In this document: one piece after another, positions 46,908 to 59,840 of the stretch
Layout: the number at the start of each line of letters is the position of its first letter
How positions within the stretch are numbered: position 1 is the stretch's first letter
DNA from: Vicugna vicugna
Taxonomy: Eukaryota
DNA: 64,000 nt
Direction of reading: 5' to 3'
NCBI GenBank assembly: GCA_013265495.1
Contig: MU061852.1
Coordinates: forward strand, 3,751,582-3,815,581
The notes under the pieces: model-generated
What the model was told of the DNA's origin: nothing
The model's database searches: none
Seen by the model: the letters and a program-made list of their open reading frames with translations, nothing else
Made by a program: the position numbers and the translations under genes

Positions 46908-47834
46908 CTGCAGAAAAAGAGCAGGCGTGCACGTCAGGGCTGGCACTGCCTGCCCTCCAGGACCACCCTCTAACTCCCAGGATGGCTGGGACCCTCAAGA
47001 CTCTTCTCTTCCCTGACTTTTAAGCATGGAGCCCACCTTGAGGTAAGGAACCAGAGTCCTGAGCCCCACTGCCCAGGCCTGCCCTTCGCAGAGCCAGGGG
47101 ACTGCGGGGGGGGCCCATCCTGCCCTGTCAGGGAGTTTTCAGGTCTGAGAAGCAGTGCCTCAGATTGTAGACATGAGCACTCATCTCTCTGGCCCTGGGA
47201 AAAAGAGGATTGAAGCTCTACAGGCCACAGCAGAAAGGGCTGTGGTGTCCACGGCTCTTGCAGTGGCATCAATAGCCATGACTCAGCCCGAAGGCTCCCC
47301 TTGCTGCTCAGTCCCCACTCCCCCCTCTGCATGTGCAGCGTCCCCTCCACTGCCTGCATCCAGCCTTCAGCTCCACTGCTTGCCAGGGCCCCATGTCACA
47401 GTCTAGGTTCTGGCCTGGACTCTGGGCACCTCCTGTCCTATAAATGACCCATCCTGGACCCCTGGTCCCAACCCCGACCCTCCTCCCTCACTCAGCCCTG
47501 ACCCTGGAGGCTACAGTCAGGCCTAGGGACCATGTCTGTGTATGTGGAGACAAAAGAGATTTTTTTTTTAATGTCCTTGGAGGACACCAAAATTTGATGA
47601 GGGAGGCAAAACTCCTCCCTGGGTGCCTCTCCCAGATTGCAAGGGGTTGGTGGCTCATGGAGGCACTTCCATGGGAGCAGCAGAAGCAGATCTCAGCAGT
47701 GCACCCCTACTCTCTGCACATGGACTCCTGCATCAGCCATGAGGGGCTGGGGAGCAAAGCTGCTCACTTCCTACCCTTGGAGGCACCAGGGGCTGGAGCA
47801 GAGGCTCTGGACCAGTGCAGACCAAGTAGGGCTC

Positions 47835-48025
47835 CCACCTCCACCACTAACTAGCTCTGTGACCTGGGGGTGTTACTAACCCTCTCCAGGTATCCATTTT
47901 TATCTGTTCAAGTGCCCACCTGTAAAGCCATTGTGAAGACCACATTGGATGATGCACATAAAGTGCTGGAGAGTGTCTGATGAGGAATCTACACCCAATG
48001 AATATTAGCTGACATTATTATTATA
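47835..48025 (+). mobile_element. MIR element
   Basis: ccactaactagctctgtgacctggg...tgatgcacataaagtgct...aatgaatattagct..attattatt. Confidence 0.85.
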
Positions 48026-50039
48026 ACTAGCAAAGGCTGGGCCACTGGGGGAGATAAGTACCAAGACTTGGGCCTGGGGCCCCCTTTCCCATCCTAGGTT
48101 GGTAAGAGGACCTCCCTGCCAGGAGCAAACCACAGAAAGAGTGTGAGAATTCGGCAGAGCCTCTTCACAGTGTGGCTGCCAGGCAAACTCCATGGGGGAA
48201 GTGTCCTGTGGCAGTGTCCTGGCCTGGGAGTGGGGCTCCATGGTGGGGGAGACCAAGAGACTAGCACTGCTCCCCTTCCCCCCTGCAGGCCCAGCACAAG
48301 AGGTGGGGTAGACATTTGCTGAGGTCAGACTCCTGTGCAGGAAAAAGGCATGTGGCATCCTCAGAAGGGAAGAAAGTGAAAGCTGGCCGGACTGGTCCTC
48401 TAAGACTCTCAGAGACCCAGGGGGGCTAGCTGGTGGGCAGGCAGGAGAGGAAGCTGGAAGAGCTCCAACGGGCAGGAGCAAGACATTCCTCTCTCTCTCT
48501 TGCCACCTCCCAGAGGGTGCTCTACCTGGAGCATCCCAAAGGAACTGTGGCCCTGTCAGGAGAGGAGGGTCTTGGGCTGGAGAGCAGTAGGACTCCCAGC
48601 ATGGCCTTGCCTCCCCAGCTTCTTCCAGTAGCTGGCAGAACACTTCCCCACCTGCAGCCCTAAAAATTCCAGACATGAACCAGCATCTCCTCCGCTGTAA
48701 ATATGATCCCACAGCGTCCTGACTTTTAGCTCTGAGTTTTAAAAGGAAAACGTTAAACACTGGCAAGAAAAGGGAGGATGGAAATGAAGCAGGACTTGGG
48801 ATGCACCACGCAGGGGAACACCTCTGGCCCTGCTGCCATTTGCTCTTAGAGGAAGGCCAAGGCAGGACTGGAGGCCCAGGATTCCACTCCCACCCTCCCT
48901 GCTCTCCCCAACAGCTGGGAGACACTCAGGGCTGCTGGAGCAATCCTGGTCCACCAGGGCACCAGTGAAGTTCCTCCCAGACCTCAATCCTATCTGCTCA
49001 GCCCCCTGAGCAACGCAGAAAAAGGGGGCTGGGCCTGCCAGAGTTAGGACCCAGGAGTCAGCTGGCCCCCATCTCTACCCACAGGTGCTGGCCAAGGGGA
49101 AGGGAAGAAGTAGACACCTGGGAGTCTACTCTGAATTCCTAGCACAGGGAAGGTCTTTGGGATTTATGCCAAATTAAGGACAATTAATTTTCCTCCCTCA
49201 ATTATCGCGCCCTCAATGGCTCCGTCCTTGGCTCAGATCATCCCTCAGGCACTGCCGCCAGAGCCTAAAACCGGCATGTGTGAAGAGCTGCCCATAAAAC
49301 AGCGGGACCCAAAAGCCAGTCCCTTGTGCCAACTAAGCTTCCAAGCACAATGCAGAAAGCTGCAATGCTGCACCTCGGGGAGGGGAAGCGTGTCTCACAG
49401 GAGGACTCCAGCCCCTGGGGAGTGACCTGCTGCTGGCTCTTCCTTCTATGCTCAGCAGGGGGTGGGGTGGGGGTGGGGAGAACGCTCCAGCACATTCAAA
49501 CATCGCCAAGGACAGCAGACATTTACCCATGCCCATGTGTGTCTGGCCGGGCTGAGCACTAGGCAAGCTGGTGTAACTGACCCACCATCAGACTGTCACA
49601 TTTATCCCCTTCACCTCCTCCAGGAACCACAGGAACTAGGGCCACTGTAGCCTGAAACACTCAGGCAAAGGACGGGGCAAATGCCTCAGGCTGATGTCAC
49701 ATGATCACTCCAAACCCATCAACAACCGGGAAAATAGAGACCCAGATAGGAGGAATAAAGATTAGATTAACGGAGCATTTACTAGTTTCAGGTACCGAGT
49801 TAAAACACTCTGCAAAATGATTTAATCTTTACCAAAACTATGTAAGGTATAAAAGGCAATGGGGGCGTAGAGAGCCCTTCGAACCTGCCCAAGGTCACAG
49901 GGTTAAGCCAGAGGTGAGGCTCCGATGAGACCAGGTGATGGGACCCAACACCTGACAAGGTTGGGGCCCAGGGCTCCGGGAGAGCTGGGGCGGCCCTTGG
50001 GGAGCCAGCCACCATCCGGCTCTCATACCACACCCTCTG

Positions 50040-50420
50040 CTGACTCGGTTTCGGGGTTCCGCGGCTCCACAGCAGACCCCTTAACACACGCCGCAGCGTT
50101 TTTATTTACCGCAAAATGAACCTGACTGTCCCCAACACGTGGCCACCCGTGGACATGCACCCACGTTGCAACACCCGAATGTACGAGTCACGCCGAGTCC
50201 ACTCAAAGCCCGTCCCGCGGGCGGAGGGGCTGCGGAGCGCCAGGCGCGGAAGCGCCCCTCCCCGCTTCAGGCCGCCCGGTAACCATGGCAACGTCAGAGA
50301 ACCGGCGTGGCAGCGGAAGGCTGCGCATGCCGTGTCCACGCGGGCGCGCATCCGCGGTCCGAGCCGCTGCCGCCTCTCCCGCCCCTCCCCCCGGCCTGGG
50401 TGGAGTCGCTGCGCCCCTTC
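50040..50420. promoter_or_regulatory. Intragenic CpG island with RFX X-box, NRF1-like site, CRE half-site and GC boxes
   Basis: About 45 CpG in ~375 bp (hand count); GTAACCATGGCAAC 50279-50292; ACGTCA 50291-50296; TGCGCATGC 50322-50330; CCCGCCCCTCCCC 50378-50390. Confidence 0.75.
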
Positions 50421-52209
50421 CCAGGACCTGCTCCCCAGCTCTGTGGTGCCTGGCTTCCTTCCCGCTCAACCGACACGTAGCTGGGGGGCCTCTATTTGTG
50501 CACAGCGAGGGGAGGTCCCTACACCTGCCTCTCAAACTCAGTGCCCAGCTTTCGCAGTGTTTGTCTCTCTCAGGTCCATCCATCCTCCGATATAAGGGTC
50601 CCGGCGATGGAAAGAGAAGCCCAGGGGGACTTTAGGGGGCCTCACAGGTACTAGGCAGCCCGAGTCCATACAGCTGTTTGTGAATTCTGCCTGCATGCAC
50701 ATGTAGGGCGCACACATTCTGCGGGTCTGCCCGCACAGATCTATTCCTGCAGATGGTACACACAATGTGCATGAATGGTTCCTGCACTGAACTGCGCTGG
50801 TCTTTAGATGCTACTGCAGTGGGAGACCTGACTCCTCCTTCCCTGCTATCGCCACTGGGCCAAGGAAGATGACAGGTTGTTGGGGGGGTGGGGGAGGAGG
50901 GTAGCTGGTGGGATTGGGGGGTCGGTGTTGAAAGCCTAAGGCAAGAGCTTGGCTAAGGTCCCACAGCAACAGTAGAGCTGGATCATCTCAAATCCACAGC
51001 TCACCTGCTATCTTGGTGGCTTCCTGGAGGAGGAAGGAGATGCAAAAATAGGAAACACTTGAGCTTGAGAGGCAGGAAGAGCTTTCTGGGGAACTGCCTG
51101 AGTAAGGGCTGTGGGAGGGTGGGGAGACAGCAGGAAGGTGAGGCTGGTTGGAGCTAAGGCCAGATGGATGAGGCTGGGGTGGGGGTGGACAGGGGATCAG
51201 CCTAGGCTGCTGCAATGACCGGGGGAGGGAGCTGCTGAGGCCCCTACATGGCACACACAGGTCCCTTTGTCCAGCTCAGCCTGGGACGCCTGAGGCAGAG
51301 TCTGGGCTAGAGGGAGGGGGCTGCATCAGGGAAGCAGACAGATGGAGACGCCTTGCGGGGTCCCCGAGCGGGCAGCACCGTCTGTCAGCACGAACTTCTC
51401 ACCCGTGTTTACCCAGCTTCCTGGCGTCTCTGTGTGCATGGAGGCACACACAGGCAGCACACACATACACAGGCTCCCTGGGGTGGCACCGTCTGGAGGC
51501 CTGACCCCTTCCTCCCCTGTGTGTGAGTGTTGGGCCTGGCCTCATTCTGTCTCCGAATGCAGACACCTAGATACATGCACAACCAGGGACACACAGATCT
51601 ACATGGAAAAAGAGACAGGTGCAAAAATAGAAACCTACATGTGTGTGTGGAAGGGCACCTGCAGTGACAAGCACCTGTGGAGACAGACTCATGCAAGCAA
51701 ATCCAGCAGCACTGCACGCAGAGATGCGGAAACACACATGTGGAGACATGCAGAGATACACGCATGCTGAGACACGTGTCCCTGGAGACGCACGCAGGGA
51801 CAGAGCCGGGAACCCCAGACGTGCAGAGACGCATGAGAGGTCCCCGAGGGTAGCGGGGGCTGCTGATTCCCCAGCCCTCCTGCACTCTAAGGAAAATAAG
51901 GCTGCCTCAGGCCCTGTCCCTGAGGCAACTCCATCCTGAACAAGGTGAGGGACAAGTGGGAAGGGCTCCCCAGACCTGCAGGCTCCCACACACTCCCAGA
52001 GAGCCCCGCGCCGCCCCCAGGCTTCCAGGCAGTAAGGGGAGCCTGAGGAGCCTTGGGCTCCCTTCGCAGCTTTCAGTCTTGATTTTCAGCTTTTTCTGAG
52101 CGAAAACTCCCACCTCTTCCAGCACTCAGATTTCATCAAACTTGGCATCTTAAAAGCCTGTTTTGTTTTTGAATTTGAGCTGTTTGGGGCCTGTCGGCAG
52201 AGGCAGCGC

Positions 52210-52245
52210 CAGCTAGCCGAGAACAGCCAGCTAGCCGAGAACAGC
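52210..52245. repeat. Perfect 18-bp tandem duplication
   Basis: cagctagccgagaacagc x2. Confidence 0.95.
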
Positions 52246-52569
52246 CGAGCAGCCGGGCCTCCCCCTCCTGGCCCCACCTTCAGGGCTTCCCTGGCGCCTC
52301 GCACAGCCCTACTCAACCTGGTCGCTGAGGCCTCTCAGCCGCACACACCCAAGTGAATCCGTAGGCCATCCCTACCCTCGTTCCAGCTTCCAGGCCCTGA
52401 CCCGCACGGGACTCTCTTCTTGAGGTTCCCCACCTCAGTCCTGCTCCAGGAAGGTTCTTTTGATCCCTTTACCCTCCCCCACCCCCTAGGTTCAGGCCCA
52501 ATCATTCCAGACCACAGAGAGCCTCCCACTCACTCCTCAGGTCCCTGCAGCCCAGCTGCCACCCCATGG

Positions 52570-53320
52570 CTTCCTGCCAGGGTGTTCACCTAGGTCAACC
52601 ATGACTCCACGCAGCTAAGTCCAAAGGGCACGTCTCAGCAGTCATCTTGCCTAACCTCTCAACAGCACCCCTCCCTGCTGACCACTCCCTGCTCCTTCAG
52701 GTACTCTTTTCTCTTGACTTCCCTGTACTCATCCCTACCTACCAGGCACCTCCTCACCAGATTCCTATGCAAACTCCTCTCTCAACATGAAGAGCTGGCA
52801 TCTTCTGGCTCTATCTTCTGGGGCTCCATTAGGGCCCTCTTCCTCCCCTCTTGGCTCTGGCTCCCAGAGATTTGCCATTTCTTGGCTCTCAAAACTCTAC
52901 CTTCAGATGTCCCATGGAGTGCCAGGCAAATCTGAACAAGGCCTCCTTGACACCCCGCCGGATGCCTGCACACACCTGATACAACAGATTTCTAACTGGA
53001 CTCATCAACATTCCCCTCAAACCAGGTCCTCCTTCAACGGCTGAACATTAGAAAACATCACTGCCATCTACCCCGAGTCTCCCACCTCCCCGGTCCCCCA
53101 GACAGCTGGCCAGGCAGGCCACCACTCTTTCAGAACTGCTTGTAACCAAGTCTCCCTTCCTCTCCTACCCACTCCCTGGGCTTGGGCCACTGTCAGCTCA
53201 CACCTGGGTTGTAGTGCTGCCCCAACCTCTCACTGGTCTCCCTGTACCCAACTCTGCACCCCCAGGGACCTTTCTGAAGCATACATTTTATCATGTCACT
53301 CCTCTGATTCAAATCCCCTT
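52570..53320 (+). mobile_element. L2 fragment
   Basis: ttcacctaggtcaaccatgactccacgcagctaagtccaaagg...catcttgcctaacctctc...tgaccactccctgctcc. Confidence 0.7.
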
Positions 53321-54829
53321 TCCCCTGGTAACCAGACGGAGGGGGCACCTCACCAAGGATGGAGAATGCGCACACACAGGGGCATTTAAAACCTTCAACT
53401 TGGCTAACTGTTTCCAGAGCTGCTGGCTCCACTGTGGTCCTGAGGCTGCGGGGTAGTGGGGAGGGGAGGGAAGCATGAACACAGCAGGGCCTTGTAAGCG
53501 TCTGTGACTACAGGGGCAGGGGAGCAGGCTGGGCACAGGGGAGGTGTCCAGTGTCTGTGGCTAATAGGAGAGGCAGGCATACTGCCCATCCTACAGGAGG
53601 ACCCACTCAGAAGGAAGTCCACTTGGACACTTGAAGGCAGATCAGAACTAGAAACAAATGGGGGACCCCAGGTACTAAGAAATCCGAAGCCTGACCCTCA
53701 TGACCCCCTGGCAATGGCTATCTACTGACCTCTCCCACCCTCATGCCCGGGGCCCAGAACTCTCCAGGAAATGGCTGCAACCACATATCTGCATGGACCC
53801 AAATGTGATGAGGGTCACGATGTGGGGTGGAAGGACAGGTGGCAGTCACTGGGCAAGAAGCACTTAGATTATGCCTCAGCTGTGAGGGGAGGGCAGAAGC
53901 TGGCCAGGGCTCTATGTGATGGGGACCTTTCTGTGTCTTCTGTGGCTGCAAATCAGGGAGGTAACAGGCCCAGCTTCCTCAAAACGTGCCTATTACCCAG
54001 ACATGTGTGCAGGCAACAGGAAAGAGGCTCATCCTGCCCCTTAGGGAGTCATCCTCTGCCTGTGAGTACCCTTTAGCCAAACTCCCCCGCCAAGGGCAGG
54101 GAGGGCGGTGGGGCAGGGTGAGAAAACGTCCACCCACCCTGAAAACATAAGCTCCCGTGCTGGCACTGCTCCAGGTCCAGCCGGCGCAGGAGACTGCAGG
54201 ACGGGGTCATAGGCTGCTCACCAGCCCTCGTGTCCCTGGGGCTGTTTCCAAAGGGGCCGTGTGTGGGGCTGGGTGGATGGGGTTCAAGAGGGCCATCATC
54301 CCACAGGTCCCAGAGCCAGCCAGAGTCAGAAGTACTGTAGAACCCAGGGTCCAGGCCCAGTACTGACTGCCCCCTATACCAGCCACTACCCCACATGCCT
54401 GACAGCTGCCCCCCACCCCCAAGCCTACCCTGAACAAAGTAGGCAAGATCAGGCACTCCATGTGGGCACCTGGATTCCTGGGCCTGAGTGTCCCAAGTGG
54501 TTTGGTCCCAGTCAGTCAGCAGACACCAAGGCAAGGTGGGAACAGGGGAAAGGGAGCCTGGGCTTGGTGGTGAGAGGGTAAGAAGAGGACAGAGTCCCAA
54601 GGGCCAGGCAGAATCCCTATCTGGCGCCCCCTCCCTTTGGGCGGGGCTGCAGAGGAGCTGCTGCGGTGCAGTTCTCAGAGGCACTGAGAACACCTCAGGC
54701 TGGCCACTCTGTCCCACGTTCACCCCTGTCCAGCTGTCCTGGCTGACCAACAGCTCTGAGCAGAGATCCTATGGGTCCTAGAGACAGTGAGCCCAGAGAC
54801 AGCATCTCTGGCCTCCCACAGCACCAGAC

Positions 54830-55180
54830 TGGCCGCACACACTCAGCCCAGACTGCTTGCTGCACACCTCTCTCCACCACCCGGCTGTACACACAGCCCA
54901 GAAGGTGCACACCACCTGCTGTATAGGCCACACCTCACATAAACACAGTCTGAAGTACACACTGCATGAGTTATACCACCTGCTGTATACACCACACCCC
55001 ACACACACACTGCCTGATGCACGTACACACGAGCACACACAGAGTTGGACGCACACCTCTGCAACCTGAAAGACACACACAGCCCGTAAAGCTGTAACAC
55101 CACACCACATACCTCATGCACATACTGCCTTACAGACGGCACGCAGGGCACTCACACCACACACAGGGTGCACTCTGCTG
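54830..55180. repeat. CA-rich low-complexity/degenerate repeat
   Basis: Repeated accacctgctgtata (54911, 54975) and cacacac runs. Confidence 0.7.
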
Positions 55181-57244
55181 TACCCATGACCACAGGGCAA
55201 ATGCTGCCTCTTGCACTTGGAGCCCGCAGAGTCAGGCCCCTCAGGACAAAGTCAGAAACAGCTCATCCCTGCTCCTTGGCCTTCTTCCTCCTCCCTTCCC
55301 TCTCCTCCCTCCCTCCTCCCCTTTCCCTCCTCCTCCTCCTTCTTGGCCCTTCCAGAACCTGCGCCAGTCACCAGTGCCCTGCCCACATCTCTGCTTTCTG
55401 GCCCTCTCCAGGGCCTTCCTGACCACTGTATTGCCAGAACCCTTGTGTAACAAAGAAGGGACAAGGGACAAGGAACCCACTGGCCCAGGCAGATCCATAA
55501 CCTCCAGACTGAGCTCCAAGACCCTCCTACTCCCCTCCTCCTGGAGGGAAAGGCCAAGAAGCAAGGCTTGCCTCCCCTCCCCCTCCGCACCCCCTCCCTG
55601 CTCCCCCTCCCTCACAAGAGAAAATGTCAGATTCCCTGTCTCAGTGGCGGCAGCGGGTGGGTTGGAGGGGGAGTGATTCAGCCTCAAGAGTGCGTTGTGA
55701 GAAGAGCTTTTCCTGCCATTACTCGGGCGAGGGAGAGGCTGGCGCGCTAATGGCTTCAATTACCACTCAGACAGGAACGCTGGGCGGCTCACCCCCAGCC
55801 AGCCTGTGCCAGGCACCCCCACCCTGTACCCAGTCTGGGCATAGGGGGCGGTGAGGCAGCCGGCTGGGCATCACAAGGCAGTCGGAACTCACCGGGAGTG
55901 GCAGTCCTACCCAGGGAGCTGGGTGCAAAGGCCATGACGTGGGAGTGGTGTGGGGTGCTCCCAGGGGCTGCAGCGGGGCCGGGTGTGAGAAGAGCGAGCA
56001 GGGCCTGGCACAGAGCAAAGCGGGGCAGGGAGCTTGGGACGGACTTGCAGGCCTGGGCTCCCTTTTGGGGATGCAGCAACCCCTTACCCAAGCCAAGTCA
56101 CCCAGGGAGCCCCCAGACACTTCCCTGAAGAGCCCAGCATGCGGTGAGCTACATGCACTGTGTGACGTGGGTAAGGGACTCAACTCTTCTTCCCAGCCCC
56201 CGAGACAGCTTCATCCTCACCCCAGTCCTCCTCCAGGGAATGGCCCGGGTTCTCTTTTGGCCCCAGCCAATAGACAGAGTCAAACCATCCTTTCACCCCA
56301 TTCCTACACTCACCCAGCTTTCCTGACCAGCACGGGAGGCCTGGCAGGGTGGGGCTGGGCTGCTTTCCTCTGGCCCTGTCCCCTGGCATTTTTCAGGCCT
56401 CCCATTCCACTCCTTTCTGCCAAGCCCAGGGCCGGTCAAGGTTACACAGAGCAACATGGTAAGTCAGCATTTCATCTTCCGGGTGCCATGTTTCAGGAGC
56501 AGGAGGGGCTCATTCAGCCCACGGCTCCACCCCAACTGGGTTGGGAGAATGGGTAGGGGTCCCACTCTCCCCAGCCTCATCAGACACCCTCTGCATCCAG
56601 AAGCACAAACGTACCCCAGACCCCTGCCGGAAAAACCCTCATCCAAGAAGTCCTCTCCAGATGGACAGACCCCTTGCAAATCTGTATCCCCCTCACCTCA
56701 GGCCCTGCAAGACCATCCTCATCTCCCTCAACCTCTTAAAAGATAGAGCCGCCCAAGGCAGTGGTGGGGAAAAGAGAGCGCCTACAGAGGACCTGGGGAG
56801 AGAGCAAGGCCCGAAACTGGGGCGGAGGGGCTCTGGGGGGAACTCTCTTTCCCTTAATATGAGAGCCTGAGAGATGCCCTCTGGGGCGGGAGCCAGTCTG
56901 GCCCTTGAGCCACCTCCCAAATGCCAGGGCAGGGCAGATGGCTCCTGCTGGGGCAGATATCAAGAGGAGGGAGGACAGGGCTGAAATCCTTGTCCCCAGG
57001 TCATGAGTGAGGAAACTCAGGTCAGGGGTGGCAGGGAGGAGCCTGAAAGCACTCAACAGCGATCCTGGCCCAGGGCCTGTCCTCTGGGCCCCTGCCCCAC
57101 AGGTAAAACCGCTTTGTGGGAGTGTGTGGTGGGGGCTGCACCACCCGGATGATGCCAGGTGGCACGGAAGCCAGCTCACTCGTCTGGGCCTCAGGATGTG
57201 TTGTTCCCAGCTCAACAGCAACTACCCATCCATGCTGGAATCTG

Positions 57245-57415
57245 GCTAAGGGCTTAACCACATCCTATTCGATCTTCCAAAGCAACCTGGGTGACAGCTA
57301 TTACATCCCTATTTACAGATGGAGCAAACAAGGCTCAGAGGCATGGTTACTTGCCCGAGGTCCCAAAGTGAGAGAATAAGTGGTCCAGGGCCCCTGCTCT
57401 TAACCAGTGTCCTCC
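57245..57415 (-). mobile_element. MIR fragment
   Basis: atccctatttacagatggagcaaacaaggctcagagg..ggttacttgcccgaggtc. Confidence 0.8.
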
Positions 57416-57524
57416 CTTCACTGCCCCTCTACACTGCAGGGCCCCGCCCAGCCTTGCAGGAGACACAAGGATGCAAAGGAGCTACTGAATGGATGTGTGT
57501 GTGAACACACGAAGCCACAGTGTA

Positions 57525-58260
57525 AAAACGGCCAATAGGAAAAGATGTTCAACTGCTCTTGTAATCAAAGAAATGCAAATTAAATTGAGATGCCATTTTT
57601 TGCCTATTAACTTGGCGAAGATTCTTCTTAATGATAATTCCCACTACTGGTGAAGATGTGCAGAAAAGAGGCCCTCTTATGCCGTTTGGTGGGAGTGTAA
57701 ACTGACACAATCTTCTGAAAATACTGAAAAGGCTTAAAAATGCACATGCCCTTTGATCCAGCAATGCCACCTCCACAAATCTAGAACAAGGAAATAATCA
57801 GGAAGGTGAACACAACTTATCTGAAAGGAAGCGTATAGCACCTTATTTATAAAAGCAAGAACTGGGAACAACGTATGTGCCCAACAATAAGGGAATGGCT
57901 AAATAATTTAGGGTACCTCCATGTGACACTTACCCACAGCCATTAAACATAATGATGCAGAGACATATTTAATGGTGAGGAAGACGTTCATGATATGTTT
58001 TTTAAAAAAGCAGTCTACAAATCTTTGGGCAGAATGTAATCCCGTTTTTGTTATACATATAATGCATGCACAGAAAATGGACTAAAACGAAATAACCAAA
58101 TGTTAACGGTAGAGATAAGATACACAGGTGATTTTTATTTTTTTCCTATGTGCTATTTTACACTTACCTAATTTTCAACAGTGAACATGTATTGTTATTG
58201 TAATTTTTTAAAAAGCAACAATGCCATATGTCAAAAATACATGCCAGTGTATTCAGACTC
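57525..58260 (+). mobile_element. Old L1M (L1ME-like) ORF2 end / 3'UTR fragment
   Basis: aaaagatgttcaac..tgtaatcaaagaaatgcaaattaaa...ggtgggagtgtaaactg...ccctttgatccagcaat. Confidence 0.85.
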
Positions 58261-59141
58261 ATGACTCCTCGTGGCTGGGGGGGGGGCGATCATGTCACTC
58301 CTCACCCCATTCATGGCTTCCTATGTCCCCAGGATAATGTTTGTTTTTCAGCCTGGTCCTGTGTGGCCTGCCCTCCAGCCTTATGTTGAATTACTCTTCC
58401 TGGCTTGTCTCTGTGCCCTCCAGCCACCCCCACCCCTCAAAACCAAATGGAACCACTCAGAGTTCCCTGAAAGCTCCATTCTCTCCTGCCTCTGGGCCTT
58501 GGCACATGCTGATGCTGTTCTCCTGCCCAGGTCCCCACCCCAACTCCCACCTGTCCTCAGGACTCAGCATAGACAACAGCTCCCTTCTCCCCATACACCC
58601 TGGGCCCCCTGGGCAGCTCCCATGGGATGTATTGGAGACAAGTCTCAAGGGCAGACCAGGTCAGAGACCTCTCAGGACACAAGGCATTATTAGGGAGGGT
58701 TTGTGAATGAATGGAGGAGCCATCAAGTGAGAGAATACACTAAAATCCACATACAGAACCCCAGCCTCCTGCTCGTATGGGCAACAGGGAACACACCTCT
58801 CTGAAGCCAGGTTCCACCTGAAAATCAGAGCCACTGCCACAAGCCAAGCACCCCAAGAATATGCAGCTGCAGCCCCACACCTCAAGTCAGACCCCAGACA
58901 CCATCCCAGCAATGCCCCAGCTCAGCAGAATAGAATACAAAGACACCGGGACACAGCCGGCCACAACACAAGCCAAAAATCCAGCAACCATCCCTGTCCA
59001 CTGCTGATCATTGCTGACCCCAGGACAGACAGTTCTCTCCCTCAAACACCTCCCAGCCCATGGCGGGGACAGGGTTGGCTGGCTGGCTCTGTCCCACATC
59101 AGTCTCCCCACCCACCGTGCCCCCCCCTTCCCAGCACGTAC

Positions 59142-59283
59142 CTTCGAGCACTGACAGCTTGGCACTAGTGTTGATCTCTCCCAGGCTGTTGGTGGCTGTG
59201 CACTCATAGATGGCTTCATCTCGCTGCACCCGCAACGGCTGGATCCGAAGCACGGACCCCGCTCCATCGTCAAACTCGATTAC
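59142..59283 (-). CDS. PTPRF: PTPRF exon (~ex5), Ig1 C-half: [15 protein letters not shown]...AKLSVLE
   Basis: ggcag|GTAATC ... GAAG|gtacgt; 142 nt; within ORF 59008-59349. Confidence 0.98.
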
Positions 59284-59463
59284 CTGCCAGAGAACAGACA
59301 CGTGGTCACAGCCTGTTAAGGACACAGGGGCCTGCTTAGGGTCAGCCATCCTCCTGCCACCAAATGGCCCCCAGGGAGGGAGACCAAAGGAGGTAAAGTA
59401 AGATCAGACCCCAGAACAGGCCGATTCTGAGCCCTGCCGGCCCCTTCCCACCTGAGGACGTAC

Positions 59464-59609
59464 CTCAAAGCGCTGGGAGCTGACTTTCTTCCCCTTCTTC
59501 ATCCACGTGATGCGTGGCTTGGGGTCCCCTGCAGCTTGGCACACAAAGGAGGCCACCCCTCCTGACAGCCCAGTCTGGTCCTCAGGGACCTTAATGAAGA
59601 CAGGTTTGC
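59464..59609 (-). CDS. PTPRF: PTPRF exon (~human ex4), Ig1 N-half: [12 protein letters not shown]...[14 protein letters not shown]
   Basis: ctccag|GCAAAC ... TTTGAG|gtacgt; 146 nt; carries the KKGKK glycosaminoglycan-binding loop; not in the ORF track. Confidence 0.97.
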
Positions 59610-59720
59610 CTGGAGAGATGGAGACACCAGGTCACCATGGCACCACCACTGCAGACAGGCCCTATACTATCAGGGGCAGTAGTGGGGGTCTTGGAGGGGA
59701 CAAGAGAGACCTATAGAGGA

Positions 59721-59840
59721 TGAAAACGAATATATGTATGTTCATGTATGATGAAGCACTGTGCTGTACACCAGAACTTGACACAACATTATAAACTGAC
59801 TATACTTCAATAAAAAAAATACATATACCAAAAAAGAAAA
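59721..59840 (+). mobile_element. 5'-truncated young L1 3' end with A-tail and target-site duplication
   Basis: tgaaaacgaatatatgtatgttcatgtatga...gctgtacaccagaacttgacacaacattataaactgactatacttcaataaaaaaaa; flanked by tatagagga at 59712-59720 and 59845-59853. Confidence 0.85.

Larger units (their letters stand above)
295..59609 (-). other. PTPRF: PTPRF (LAR) gene body, partial (lacks signal-peptide exon and last coding exon)
   Basis: Spliced translation of the exons below gives Ig1-3, the FN3 array, TM, D1 and D2 with LAR-specific peptides ([40 protein letters not shown]). Exon lengths and phases chain without frameshift. Confidence 0.99.

Noticed and set aside
48005-48925. 306-aa minus-strand intronic ORF
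   Set aside because: No LAR-like or other domain and no exon-like boundaries.
52086-52316. 76-aa minus-strand ORF with a donor-like AAGAG|GTGGGA, as an alternative first exon
   Set aside because: It would end in phase 2 while the next exon (46907) needs phase 1, and there is no signal peptide.
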